From NCBI GenBank assembly GCA_963693055.1, contig OY843751.1:2210248-2274247 (forward strand): 64,000 nt of DNA. The letters run 5' to 3'. The notes under the pieces are model-generated. The model was not told where the DNA came from and searched no databases. It worked only from the letters and a program-made list of their open reading frames with translations. The stretch is from a bacterium. GTDB lineage: Bacteria; Zhuqueibacterota; Zhuqueibacteria; Residuimicrobiales; Krinioviventaceae. Shown in pieces: positions 37,621 through 47,218 of the stretch; positions within the stretch are counted from its first letter, which is position 1; every line of letters begins with the position of its first letter. The position numbers were made by a program, and so were the translations under genes.

Positions 37621-38558
37621 ATCTAAAATATTCCGAACTTTTTCACCGTTACCAGTTGAATCCTATTTTGACTGCTGCCGATTGGCCTTATCCGGTTCAT
37701 ACGGTATTTAATCCTGCTGCAACACTGTTACCCAATGGTATGACTTTGCTTTTGTGTCGGGTTGAGGATCGCCGCGGGCATTCCCATTTATGTGCTGCGC
37801 GTTCCGTCAATGGAATGAATGATTGGCAGATTGATCCCCAACCCACTTTCCTGCCCGATCCTGAAAACTATCCGGAAGAATTGTGGGGTGTTGAAGATCC
37901 ACGTATAACCTTTGTTAGCGAACTAAACAAGTATGCTGTCGTTTATACTGCCTACACACGCGATGGTCCTGGTGTCTCTCTGGCCCTGACAGAAGATTTT
38001 CACCATTTTGAGCGCTATGGTTTGATTATGCAGCCGGAAGACAAAGATGCTGTACTTTTACCGCATCGCATTGATGGGAATTGGGCATTGATACATCGCC
38101 CGGTTAGTTCGCCAGGCGCACATATGTGGATGTCCTTTTCAGCCGATCTAAGACATTGGGGCAGCCACAAGCTGATACTGGAAGCGCGGCGTGGTGGGTG
38201 GTGGGATGCAAATAAAATTGGTCTTTCACCTCCCCCTATAAAAACTTTAAAAGGCTGGCTGGTGATCTACCATGGAGTGCGACAAAATGCAGCAGGTGCC
38301 ATTTATCGGCTTGGTTTGGCCTTGTTTGATTTACATGCACCGCATATTTGCCTTAAACGTTGTAACGAATGGATTTTTGGTCCTGATGAACCTTTTGAGC
38401 AACGTGGCGATGTAGACAACGTTGTCTTTCCCTGCGGCTACACTATCGCTTCCGATGGAGACACAATCCAATTGTATTACGGCGCGGCAGATACGTGCAT
38501 TGCTCTCGCCACAGCTAGTATAAATTCCCTGTTAGAGTGGTTGGATCAACAAAATTGA
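37617..38558 (+). CDS. glycoside hydrolase family 130 (beta-mannoside phosphorylase/hydrolase-like)
   Basis: ATGA overlap with upstream gene; NPILTAADWP..VFNPAATLL..GVEDPRITFV. Confidence 0.75.
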   Translation: MNLKYSELFHRYQLNPILTAADWPYPVHTVFNPAATLLPNGMTLLLCRVEDRRGHSHLCAARSVNGMNDWQIDPQPTFLPDPENYPEELWGVEDPRITFVSELNKYAVVYTAYTRDGPGVSLALTEDFHHFERYGLIMQPEDKDAVLLPHRIDGNWALIHRPVSSPGAHMWMSFSADLRHWGSHKLILEARRGGWWDANKIGLSPPPIKTLKGWLVIYHGVRQNAAGAIYRLGLALFDLHAPHICLKRCNEWIFGPDEPFEQRGDVDNVVFPCGYTIASDGDTIQLYYGAADTCIALATASINSLLEWLDQQN

Positions 38559-38830
38559 TATAGGACTTTTCTATTTTACACGATCTGGTTGGTAATTACC
38601 GAATCAAGGAATCTTTTTATCCTTACAAAACCCAATAAATAGTAACCATGGCTGTGATGTGTGGCTTTAATACCGTTTTGCCGGATTGGAGGTCAAAGAC
38701 GTCCAGGAGCTTTTCGGCCATTCTGACATAGATACAACAATCGTAGTGTTTCCGTATAAAGTTTAAGAATAAAATATTTTTAGTTTAGTGCATGGATTAT
38801 TATCTTGTAAAAGAAAGGAGCATAAAATCC

Positions 38831-39118
38831 ATGCCAAAACAAAAGTATACATCAGAGTTCAAGGTCCGCACAGTGTTAGAAGGTCTCAAGTCACCAGACG
38901 GGATTGCCGCCTATTGTCGCCAAAAAGGGATTAGTGAGGTTCAATTTTATGGTTGGCAGAGACAGATGATCGAGAATGCGGATTCGGTATTCCACAAGAT
39001 GTCCAAAGCTCAGGAACGCAAGGTTTCGCAAATGGAAGCAGATCTGAAACGCAAGGATGAAATCATAGCGGTGGTTACTGAAGAAGCGTTAGAGCTCAAA
39101 AAAAAACTGCGCAAATAA
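38831..39118 (+). CDS. IS3-family transposase OrfA
   Basis: AAGGAG RBS; MPKQKYTSEFKVRTVLEGL... Confidence 0.7.
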   Translation: MPKQKYTSEFKVRTVLEGLKSPDGIAAYCRQKGISEVQFYGWQRQMIENADSVFHKMSKAQERKVSQMEADLKRKDEIIAVVTEEALELKKKLRK

Positions 39119-40103
39119 AGCGTTACCGCCATCTGGATATTGCAACGCGAATGGATCTGTTAGGGATGCTGGAGCGCTATGCCAATACGGATGGAGTAAA
39201 GAATCAATATGCCGGAAATGGGGCCTCAGCCTCAATTCATTTTACTCATTCAATCCGGCTCCAAAAGGAAAAGCAGGTTCGTTGAAAATCCAGATAAACA
39301 AGATCACTGACGAAGAAAAGACCAAAGTCATATCTTATGCTCTTTCCCATACGGACCTGAACCATAGAGAAATGGCGTATCGCATGATTGATGAGAATAT
39401 TGTTTTTATGAGTTCATCGAGCGTGTATCGCATCCTTAGAGAAAACAATCTGTTAGTACGTCGCCAGCCGAGACCAAAGCGAGATTATTGGAATGCTCAT
39501 ACTATGTTAACAGGCCCCGATAAAGTCTGGCAAACCGATCTGATGGTGGTCCGGTATAAAAATCGGGATTATTATCTATTGTCTTACATGGATGTGTTTT
39601 CACGATGTATTGTATATTACAAACTTTGCAGCAGCATGACAGGTGACACAGTTAAGGAGGCAACCCTGGAAGCATTTGCGGTAACAAATAAAAAGCCGGA
39701 GGTTATCCAATCCGATAATGGCAGCTGTTATATTAGCAGTGAGTACAAAAAGTGCTTTGCCAACTGCCCAATGGAACACCGTTTTATACATCCACACTGT
39801 CCGAACGAAAATGCCGAAATCGAACGATATCACCGGACACTGCGGGAAATGATAGATCCGTACGATGCCAGAGATTTTAATCAACTGTGCGAACTTGTCA
39901 AAGAACAGATAGAATATTATAATCATAAACGCTATCATTCCGGTATAGGATTTGTACCGCCCTGGCTGAAATATACTGGTAAGGCGGATTCACTGATCAA
40001 GTCCAGAAAACAAAAGTTACAAATAGCCAAACAGAAACGTATGAAACAAAACTGGACAAATTATCAAAGTGCAATTCAAACAATCAAACAAAAAGCAGCA
40101 TAA
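39093..40103 (+). CDS. IS3-family transposase OrfB (rve/DDE), -1 frame
   Basis: frame open from 39093; ...WQTDLMVV...; ORF-track portion 39282..40103. Confidence 0.7.
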   Translation, partial: SSKKNCANKALPPSGYCNANGSVRDAGALCQYGWSKESICRKWGLSLNSFYSFNPAPKGKAGSLKIQINKITDEEKTKVISYALSHTDLNHREMAYRMIDENIVFMSSSSVYRILRENNLLVRRQPRPKRDYWNAHTMLTGPDKVWQTDLMVVRYKNRDYYLLSYMDVFSRCIVYYKLCSSMTGDTVKEATLEAFAVTNKKPEVIQSDNGSCYISSEYKKCFANCPMEHRFIHPHCPNENAEIERYHRTLREMIDPYDARDFNQLCELVKEQIEYYNHKRYHSGIGFVPPWLKYTGKADSLIKSRKQKLQIAKQKRMKQNWTNYQSAIQTIKQKAA

Positions 40104-40422
40104 TGTACTAAACTAAAATTTTTCCATTTTTAATCATTATGTGTGAAACAATTAGAAAGTACTCTATTATGTGATAATTACCCTTTATTTTGTAGTAATA
40201 TACAAATGTTAATACTGTTAAAAACATTATTTAACAGTTATTATCTGGATATTTGCTTTATTTATTAATACTATACTAAAGATTAATAATTGTTATGAAT
40301 TATTTTGATCTTGTTATTTTGTTATATATGTAGAAAAAGATAACTGATTTTGATGTAACATATTTTTATCCATTTTTATCTTCCAGAATTATCAGAATTT
40401 TATGCGATTGGAGGTTATAACA

Positions 40423-43314
40423 ATGCGATGGTTGCAATATCTTTTCATTACTTTAGGGGTACAATTAACACTCACCTTATCTGTCTATTCTGCAGTTATT
40501 CAAGGTAAAATTACAGACAAGTCTACGGGAGATCCTTTACCTGGGGCTAATGTACTCATTCAAGGTACTGCAATTGGTGCTGCTACGAATTTAGACGGAA
40601 AGTATTACATCTCCAAGGTTCCACCTGGTAATTATACCCTGAACGTTACTTTTATCGGATATAAATCAAGCTCAAGTAATGTGATTGTAAATGCCAACAA
40701 ACCTGCTGTCGTAGATTTTACTCTGGTTTACGATGTGGTTGAAGGAGAAACAGTAACAATTACTGCACAGGCTGAAGGGCAAATAGCTGCTATTAATCAA
40801 CAATTGCGGTCTAATACAATAAAAAATGTTGTTTCTTCTGAAAGAATATTGGAATTACCTGATGCGAATGCTGCTGAATCTGTAGGAAGGTTACCCGGTA
40901 TTTCTATCAAACGTAGTGGTGGTGAAGGTAATCAAATTGTAATACGTGGATTATCACCTACTTATAATACCATTACCGTTGGAGGTGAAAAAGTACCGGC
41001 AACGGATCTGGATACCCGTAGCGTTGATTTGAACATGATCTCACCGGAAATATTAGATGGAATTGAAGTCACAAAGGCGCTTACACCCGATATGGATGCA
41101 GATGCTTTTGGTGGTGTTGTTAATTTCAAACTTGCTGAAGCACCATCGGGTTTCCGATCAAATATGCGATTCCAACAAGGATACAACCAACAACGTGATG
41201 AACTGGGTCAATATAAAGGCAGTGTTACTTTGAGTAATCGTTATATAAGTGATAAATTGGGTATAATGGTTACAGGAAATGTGGAAAGAGCACAACGTGG
41301 TTCGGATCAATATGAAGCCAGTTATGGAATTGTACGTGAAAAACGTGAAGGTGAAGAATATGCTCCAGTATCCGTAGGGCAGGTTAACCTAATATATGTA
41401 GATGAAATTCGTGAACGTCTGGGTTTCAGCCTTCTTTCTGATTACAAGCTAAAGTATGGAAAAATTATGTTTTCAAATTTCTTTAGCCGGTTAAATCGAG
41501 ATGAATTTAATTTACAAAATTCTTACAATGATGGCAGCAATTGGCATGAATATAGATCTACCGATCGTCAACGTCAAATAGATATTATGACCAATTCATT
41601 TTCGGGTGAACACAGTTTGTATTTTGGTATGATCGATTGGCGTCTTTCACGTACTGCTTCTATGACTCGGCACCCTTATGACAGCAGATTTCGTTTTCAA
41701 GAAAAAAGTGCTTTTGATCAATCCATGTTGCCACAATATGCAACTGCTGATCAGTTGATAGCAGCAGCAGTTAATGATCTGGACAAAACATTCTTGTATC
41801 AGGGCAATTATTATGAAGAAAAAGCATTTGAACGTGATTATAATGCCCAGTTTAATGTTGAAATTCCCTATATGATTATAAATAATATTGCAGGAAAGTT
41901 GAAATTCGGAGCAAAGTATACCAGCAAGAGTAAAATTCGAGATCGTTTACATGCAAACAAACGATTAGATTCCAGCAGTGAAGCTTTTGAGCGTCATCAT
42001 TCTAAATATGGAGACCCGGATTTTGAATTTCAGAGAATTGCTGGAACACATTTTCCATCAATTTATAATTATGTTGATCCTGATTTTGATGCAGGCAACT
42101 TTTTAAGTGGAGATTATGATTTCCCCATTGGCTTGGACCGTAAAGAACTGGACTATTTTCTAAGTTCGTACCTGATAGATTCAACTTATGTTTTTTCATC
42201 ACTGGCTGATATGGATGATTACGAAACTTCTGAAAATGTTGGTGCTGGATATATAATGACCGAGATTAATTTGGGAAGATCATTAATGTTTATGCCAGGT
42301 GTACGGTATGAGCATACATTTAATGATATGACCGGACGAAAAGGAAGTATAGCAGAAGAGTTTTACGAACCTGATCTTAATGATCCTTTTGTTTCTGATA
42401 CAACTGCGACAAACAAGTATGGTCGATGGTTTCCAATGATTCATCTCAGGTATAAACCGTCAAGTTGGTTTGATATTCGGGTTGCATATACTCGAACTTT
42501 ATCTCGTCCTCGATTGTCATGGATGCTTCCCAAACGTAAAATTCATGGCTCCGCGCAAACGGTAGAGTTTGGTCGTCCGGATTTATTACCCCAGATTGCT
42601 ACAAATTATGATATCTTTTTGTCATTTTACAGTAACAGAATTGGATTGTTTACTTTGGGTGGGTTTTCTAAAGATATTGATGATCTGATATTTGAGAGGG
42701 AAGGGCATAAAATTCTCGATCCTGAAGCTGAAGGATTTACAAGTGACCTTAAAGGCCTCTGGCTCGACCGTCCTGAGAATAATCCATACAAGACTAAAAT
42801 TCGTGGGCTAGAGATGGAATGGCAAACCAATCTTAATTGGCTGCCCAAGCCTTTTAATGGGTTTGTTATTAATGTAAATTATTCACATATTTGGTCAGAA
42901 ACGCGTTTTCCACGTTCTTATGTGGTTTCGGACAAAATTCCTGTCTTTCCTTTTGTGGTTACAACGGTTGTTGATACATTTCGTGTAGGTGATATGCCAG
43001 ATCAGCCGGATGATATTGCAAATATTGCACTTGGTTATGATAATGGTCCTTTGTCAGCCAGGTTGTCCATGTTGTACCAGGGTAAGACTTTATCATCTGT
43101 TGGTGAACGGGAAGAGTTGGATGGATTTACCGCTGATTTATTAAGATGGGATTTATCCGTCAAATATCGTTTCAATCGACAAATTGGGCTTTTTGTTAAT
43201 TTAACAAATATTAGTAATGAAGCGGATGAATCTTTCATGTTAAACCAAAAGTATCTGACTTTGAGAGAATATTATGGTTGGACTGTTGATCTCGGTATTG
43301 CTTATTCATTATAA
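40423..43314 (+). CDS. TonB-dependent receptor with N-terminal carboxypeptidase-regulatory-like domain (no SusD partner)
   Basis: GGAGG RBS; SP; CarbopepD_reg, plug, beta-barrel. Confidence 0.8.
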   Translation: MRWLQYLFITLGVQLTLTLSVYSAVIQGKITDKSTGDPLPGANVLIQGTAIGAATNLDGKYYISKVPPGNYTLNVTFIGYKSSSSNVIVNANKPAVVDFTLVYDVVEGETVTITAQAEGQIAAINQQLRSNTIKNVVSSERILELPDANAAESVGRLPGISIKRSGGEGNQIVIRGLSPTYNTITVGGEKVPATDLDTRSVDLNMISPEILDGIEVTKALTPDMDADAFGGVVNFKLAEAPSGFRSNMRFQQGYNQQRDELGQYKGSVTLSNRYISDKLGIMVTGNVERAQRGSDQYEASYGIVREKREGEEYAPVSVGQVNLIYVDEIRERLGFSLLSDYKLKYGKIMFSNFFSRLNRDEFNLQNSYNDGSNWHEYRSTDRQRQIDIMTNSFSGEHSLYFGMIDWRLSRTASMTRHPYDSRFRFQEKSAFDQSMLPQYATADQLIAAAVNDLDKTFLYQGNYYEEKAFERDYNAQFNVEIPYMIINNIAGKLKFGAKYTSKSKIRDRLHANKRLDSSSEAFERHHSKYGDPDFEFQRIAGTHFPSIYNYVDPDFDAGNFLSGDYDFPIGLDRKELDYFLSSYLIDSTYVFSSLADMDDYETSENVGAGYIMTEINLGRSLMFMPGVRYEHTFNDMTGRKGSIAEEFYEPDLNDPFVSDTTATNKYGRWFPMIHLRYKPSSWFDIRVAYTRTLSRPRLSWMLPKRKIHGSAQTVEFGRPDLLPQIATNYDIFLSFYSNRIGLFTLGGFSKDIDDLIFEREGHKILDPEAEGFTSDLKGLWLDRPENNPYKTKIRGLEMEWQTNLNWLPKPFNGFVINVNYSHIWSETRFPRSYVVSDKIPVFPFVVTTVVDTFRVGDMPDQPDDIANIALGYDNGPLSARLSMLYQGKTLSSVGEREELDGFTADLLRWDLSVKYRFNRQIGLFVNLTNISNEADESFMLNQKYLTLREYYGWTVDLGIAYSL

Positions 43315-43469
43315 ATAATTTGTATTGTTGTCCAGCTAGTGAATTTGAATATGATTATAATTAGATTTATCTAGTTAATTCATTTTAAAACTTTGACAAG
43401 GAGGTGATTGAGTACAATAATTTTTATTAATTCAATTAATTCGTTAAAACTTATCATCGGAGGTTTTGT

Positions 43470-45116
43470 ATGAAAGTTCTATTTACAATTTTGTTATCAA
43501 CAACTTTTTGTTGTTTATTGGTTATGCCAGCAGTAGCCCAAGATTACTTGGATGTTGAACCGGGTTATGAAACATTGAACCTTGCCATTGAAGGTGATAC
43601 AACTGCCGCAGGTGAGCCGGTAAGCCAGAATAGGGTTTATCGACTGCAACGTGGCGGATATTATCTTTTGAATGGTTCTATACAAAACTCGAAAGACATG
43701 CCACTGGTAATTGTAGCCGCGGAAGGCGATGGCGCATTACCCATAATTATTCCTGCAACAGATGAAACCGGTGCTTCTTCCAGAGCATTTGCTTTGCCCG
43801 CTGATTGTACGTTGAGGAATTTATATGTTTCCGGAATTGATAACCTGGGAAATCAGGCATCAAAGAACATGTTCCGTTTGGAAAAAACAGGTGGCCGTTA
43901 TATTGTTGATGGCTGTTTTTTTGATCACGATGCACAAGCCTTTGTAAGGATGAATGCTGATGACCAAAAATTATACATCTATGACTCTATCTTTCGTAAT
44001 TCAATACTCCTTGCAGGTCCTGGAAATGGTCGTTTTATAGATACACGTGGTAATACTGTCGATACCATGATGGTTCAAAACTCTACTTTTTACATGTGTT
44101 CAAGCAGCATGGTAAGAGATGGTGGCGGAATTATTCAAAATGTATTGTTTGACCATGTTACAGTATACCAGGGAAATGGTAATTTTGCATTTAATAAAGT
44201 ATTGAATGGACATTTCAATGACTGTCTTATTATTGATGCACGTTGGGAAGGTGATGTTGAGCCTACTGATCCTGCTGCAGCATTAGCTGATAGTCTGGAA
44301 ACAGATATCATATCAATTGATTCTTTGAATGCACCTGACCTGATGTCTGAAGGTGAACGTGCTTTTCAGCTCAAGAATAATATCTATGGCTGGACACCAG
44401 AAGTCACTGAATTTATTGCCGGCATAGATTCATTGCAAAAGGCTGTTTTGTTTAATGCACGTGCCCAACGTTACTTTGATGTGTTTGATGGTTTTGTAGA
44501 CGAAAATAATGTTGAAGATACTGTTGTTTTTAGTGATGCTCCAGCTCCTGCCAATGTTATTACTTTTGCTCAATATCGTATTGATACTGGTTTCAGTGAT
44601 GAGAATAATCCTGATCCACGAGCAGATCGTAATGGTTTGGCTGCTTTGTCTGAAGATCCAGAAAGCATTGGACCGGCTCCGGATGAATATGATTTTGACT
44701 ACAATACCGATGCTCAAGCTTATACGCATGCAGCAGGTGGATTCCCTGTTGGTGACTTGAACTGGTTCCCTGATAAAAAAGCAGAATGGGAAACCTGGGT
44801 AACAACAGATATTACTGAAAATAATGCTACTCCGTCAACTTTTAGCATGAAACAAAATTACCCCAATCCATTTAATCCTACAACTACTATTGATTTTGCG
44901 TTAAACAAATCTTCTCAAGTTGAATTAATAGTTTATAATGCATTGGGACAAAAAATAAGAACATTAATGGATGGTAAAATTCAGGCTGCAGGCACCCATA
45001 GTATAAATTGGGATGGTCGCAATGATAATGGTACCAAGGTTGCCAGTGGTATTTATATGTATCAGATCAAAGCTGGTAATCAGGTCGAAACTAAAAAGAT
45101 GGTTTTAATGAAATAA
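43470..45116 (+). CDS. secreted right-handed beta-helix protein with T9SS C-terminal sorting domain
   Basis: SP; C-terminal NYPNPFNPTTTIDFAL...GIYMYQIKAGN..KKMVLMK. Confidence 0.7.
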   Translation: MKVLFTILLSTTFCCLLVMPAVAQDYLDVEPGYETLNLAIEGDTTAAGEPVSQNRVYRLQRGGYYLLNGSIQNSKDMPLVIVAAEGDGALPIIIPATDETGASSRAFALPADCTLRNLYVSGIDNLGNQASKNMFRLEKTGGRYIVDGCFFDHDAQAFVRMNADDQKLYIYDSIFRNSILLAGPGNGRFIDTRGNTVDTMMVQNSTFYMCSSSMVRDGGGIIQNVLFDHVTVYQGNGNFAFNKVLNGHFNDCLIIDARWEGDVEPTDPAAALADSLETDIISIDSLNAPDLMSEGERAFQLKNNIYGWTPEVTEFIAGIDSLQKAVLFNARAQRYFDVFDGFVDENNVEDTVVFSDAPAPANVITFAQYRIDTGFSDENNPDPRADRNGLAALSEDPESIGPAPDEYDFDYNTDAQAYTHAAGGFPVGDLNWFPDKKAEWETWVTTDITENNATPSTFSMKQNYPNPFNPTTTIDFALNKSSQVELIVYNALGQKIRTLMDGKIQAAGTHSINWDGRNDNGTKVASGIYMYQIKAGNQVETKKMVLMK

Positions 45117-45250
45117 TTCAGTTTGCCGGTTTGATTGATTAATTTTAAAAACCGGATTGGATATTCTTTCAGGTTGCAGCAGGTTCAATGCTACACCTGC
45201 TGCAACTTTTGATAATAATAATTCCTGAATTTTCATGAAAGGACCTGAAC

Positions 45251-46051
45251 ATGAAACATATTCTTATGTTTTTGCTCGTGTTTATTTTCACATCTGTTGG
45301 GAGTTTGATTGCCCAGGAGAATAATGATATATCTTTACATTTGTATGGTACATTTTCACTTCCTACTGGTGATTATGGTAAAGATATTACTGACAATTCA
45401 ATTCCCACTCGTCGTTTCGGATTCAGTATTGGTGATAAAATCGGGTTGGCAACAACAGGTTTTGGCGCAGGTGCTGAATTGACATCCGCTGTGTGGTTTA
45501 AAGGATTACAATGGATGTTTAGTGTTAATTATATTCTCAATCCTGCAGAAAATTCAGCTCTGGAATCTGTTTATAATGACATGCTTTCAGATACATCAAA
45601 AAGTGTATCCGTAGATTTAGAACTGGGGCAATGGATCAATGTCCCGATATTTAGTGGATTTCAGTACAACTATGATCTTTCTTCCGATTTTAGGGTTTAT
45701 GGAATATTGCAGGGCGGTATGAATTTTTCTAGACGTCCTTCTCAAAAAGCTGTTGTACAAATTGTTCCAAGTGAAGGCAGCACAGTAGTTGCACGTTCTG
45801 ATCTTGTTGCAGAAGATACCAGTTATGAATTTGCACGTGATTTTGGATTCGGTACAGGTTTGGGTATTGTTTTTAAACAGCGTATTAATCTTGGTGTAAG
45901 ATATTTCAATCTCAACCAACCCAAGTATGAAGGTACCCGCCAATTATCTGAAAAAGTTTTCCCGGAAATATATGCCAGAGAAAATTACATCCTCGGTGAA
46001 GAACGCTCTATTTCCATGTTACTGGTTACACTTGGTATAGTATTATTCTAA
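45251..46051 (+). CDS. outer-membrane beta-barrel protein
   Basis: SP; alternating hydrophobic strands; C-terminal F. Confidence 0.5.
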   Translation: MKHILMFLLVFIFTSVGSLIAQENNDISLHLYGTFSLPTGDYGKDITDNSIPTRRFGFSIGDKIGLATTGFGAGAELTSAVWFKGLQWMFSVNYILNPAENSALESVYNDMLSDTSKSVSVDLELGQWINVPIFSGFQYNYDLSSDFRVYGILQGGMNFSRRPSQKAVVQIVPSEGSTVVARSDLVAEDTSYEFARDFGFGTGLGIVFKQRINLGVRYFNLNQPKYEGTRQLSEKVFPEIYARENYILGEERSISMLLVTLGIVLF

Positions 46052-46061
46052 AGATGCCCAT

Positions 46062-47108
46062 ATGAAAAAGAACTTGATTGTATCTATCCCTGTTTATTTG
46101 CTCTTTACAATGATTTTTTTTCATTCTTGTGAGCAAACAAGTATAAAAAAACCGATCAGATCAATATCCAAAATTGTATTTTTGTCTAATCGGGATTCTG
46201 CACCAAGGCAATTTGATGTTTTTACAATGAATCTTGATGGCAGCAAACAAATCAATTTAACGCGTGATTTAAATACTATTCAAACAAATTCAAAACCTTT
46301 ATTTTCTCCTGATCAGAATAAAGTGGCTTTTACAGCATTTGAAAAAACAGGTCCGGTTTTAAAATTGTATGATTTACAAGATAGTACTTTGGTTACGCTT
46401 TGTCTCTTGACACATGATGCACCTCATGCTGAATTTTCTCCTGATGGCAAATCCATTGTCTTTGTTCAAAAAGTAGCTGACCGTCGGCAAATTTATTTGA
46501 TTAACACTGATGGATCCGATGAAAAGAATATTTCAAACAATTCTTTTGATGAATATAATCCATCTTTTTCCAGTAATGGAAAACACGTTGTTTTTGTATC
46601 AGATCGACATAATTCCTATATGTTACGTATTATTGATCTTGAAACTTTCAAGATAGATGATATAAATTTAGATTGCGGTAAACCTGCTAATCCGAAATTT
46701 TCTCAAGACAATTCAATGATTGTATTTTCAGCTGAGCAAAAAGGTGTGTCAGATATATATATTATGAAATCTAATGGAACGCGATTACAAAACCTGACCC
46801 TTGGTCGATACCGCAATACTTTTCCACAATTTACACCAGATGGTTCAACTATTGTGTTTTTATCAAATGAGCGAGGCATGAAATATCAGGATATTTGCAC
46901 AATAGATGTTAAAGGAAAATTGTTTACAAATCTTACTCGTGATTTAAATTACATTAATCAGCATTTTATTATTACACCAGGTGGCCGGTTTATTATTTTT
47001 GATTCTGTCAAGTTTAATGATTGTGAAATTTTTCAAGTTGAAATTAAATCAGGTGAATTGGTCAATCTTTCTAATCATCCCAAATGGGACCAGTCACCAA
47101 ATATTTAA
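46062..47108 (+). CDS. TolB-like PD40 beta-propeller lipoprotein
   Basis: FHSC lipobox; repeated FSPDG../FS.DG..VF. Confidence 0.6.
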   Translation: MKKNLIVSIPVYLLFTMIFFHSCEQTSIKKPIRSISKIVFLSNRDSAPRQFDVFTMNLDGSKQINLTRDLNTIQTNSKPLFSPDQNKVAFTAFEKTGPVLKLYDLQDSTLVTLCLLTHDAPHAEFSPDGKSIVFVQKVADRRQIYLINTDGSDEKNISNNSFDEYNPSFSSNGKHVVFVSDRHNSYMLRIIDLETFKIDDINLDCGKPANPKFSQDNSMIVFSAEQKGVSDIYIMKSNGTRLQNLTLGRYRNTFPQFTPDGSTIVFLSNERGMKYQDICTIDVKGKLFTNLTRDLNYINQHFIITPGGRFIIFDSVKFNDCEIFQVEIKSGELVNLSNHPKWDQSPNI

Positions 47109-47218
47109 AATAAAATTTAGAAACAAAGAGTTGGCTTTGTTGAATTATTTCACCAAAAGGTGAAATAAAGTGTGAATGATATTGATAGATTTACACTTTT
47201 CAGTAAATGGAGGTCCAA

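Larger units (their letters stand above)
38771..40123 (+). mobile_element. IS3-family insertion sequence #2 (~22-bp imperfect terminal IRs TTTTAGTTTAGTRCA)
   Basis: IRs 38771-38792 / 40104-40123; orfA-orfB with A7 slippery site 39100-39108. Confidence 0.65.
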
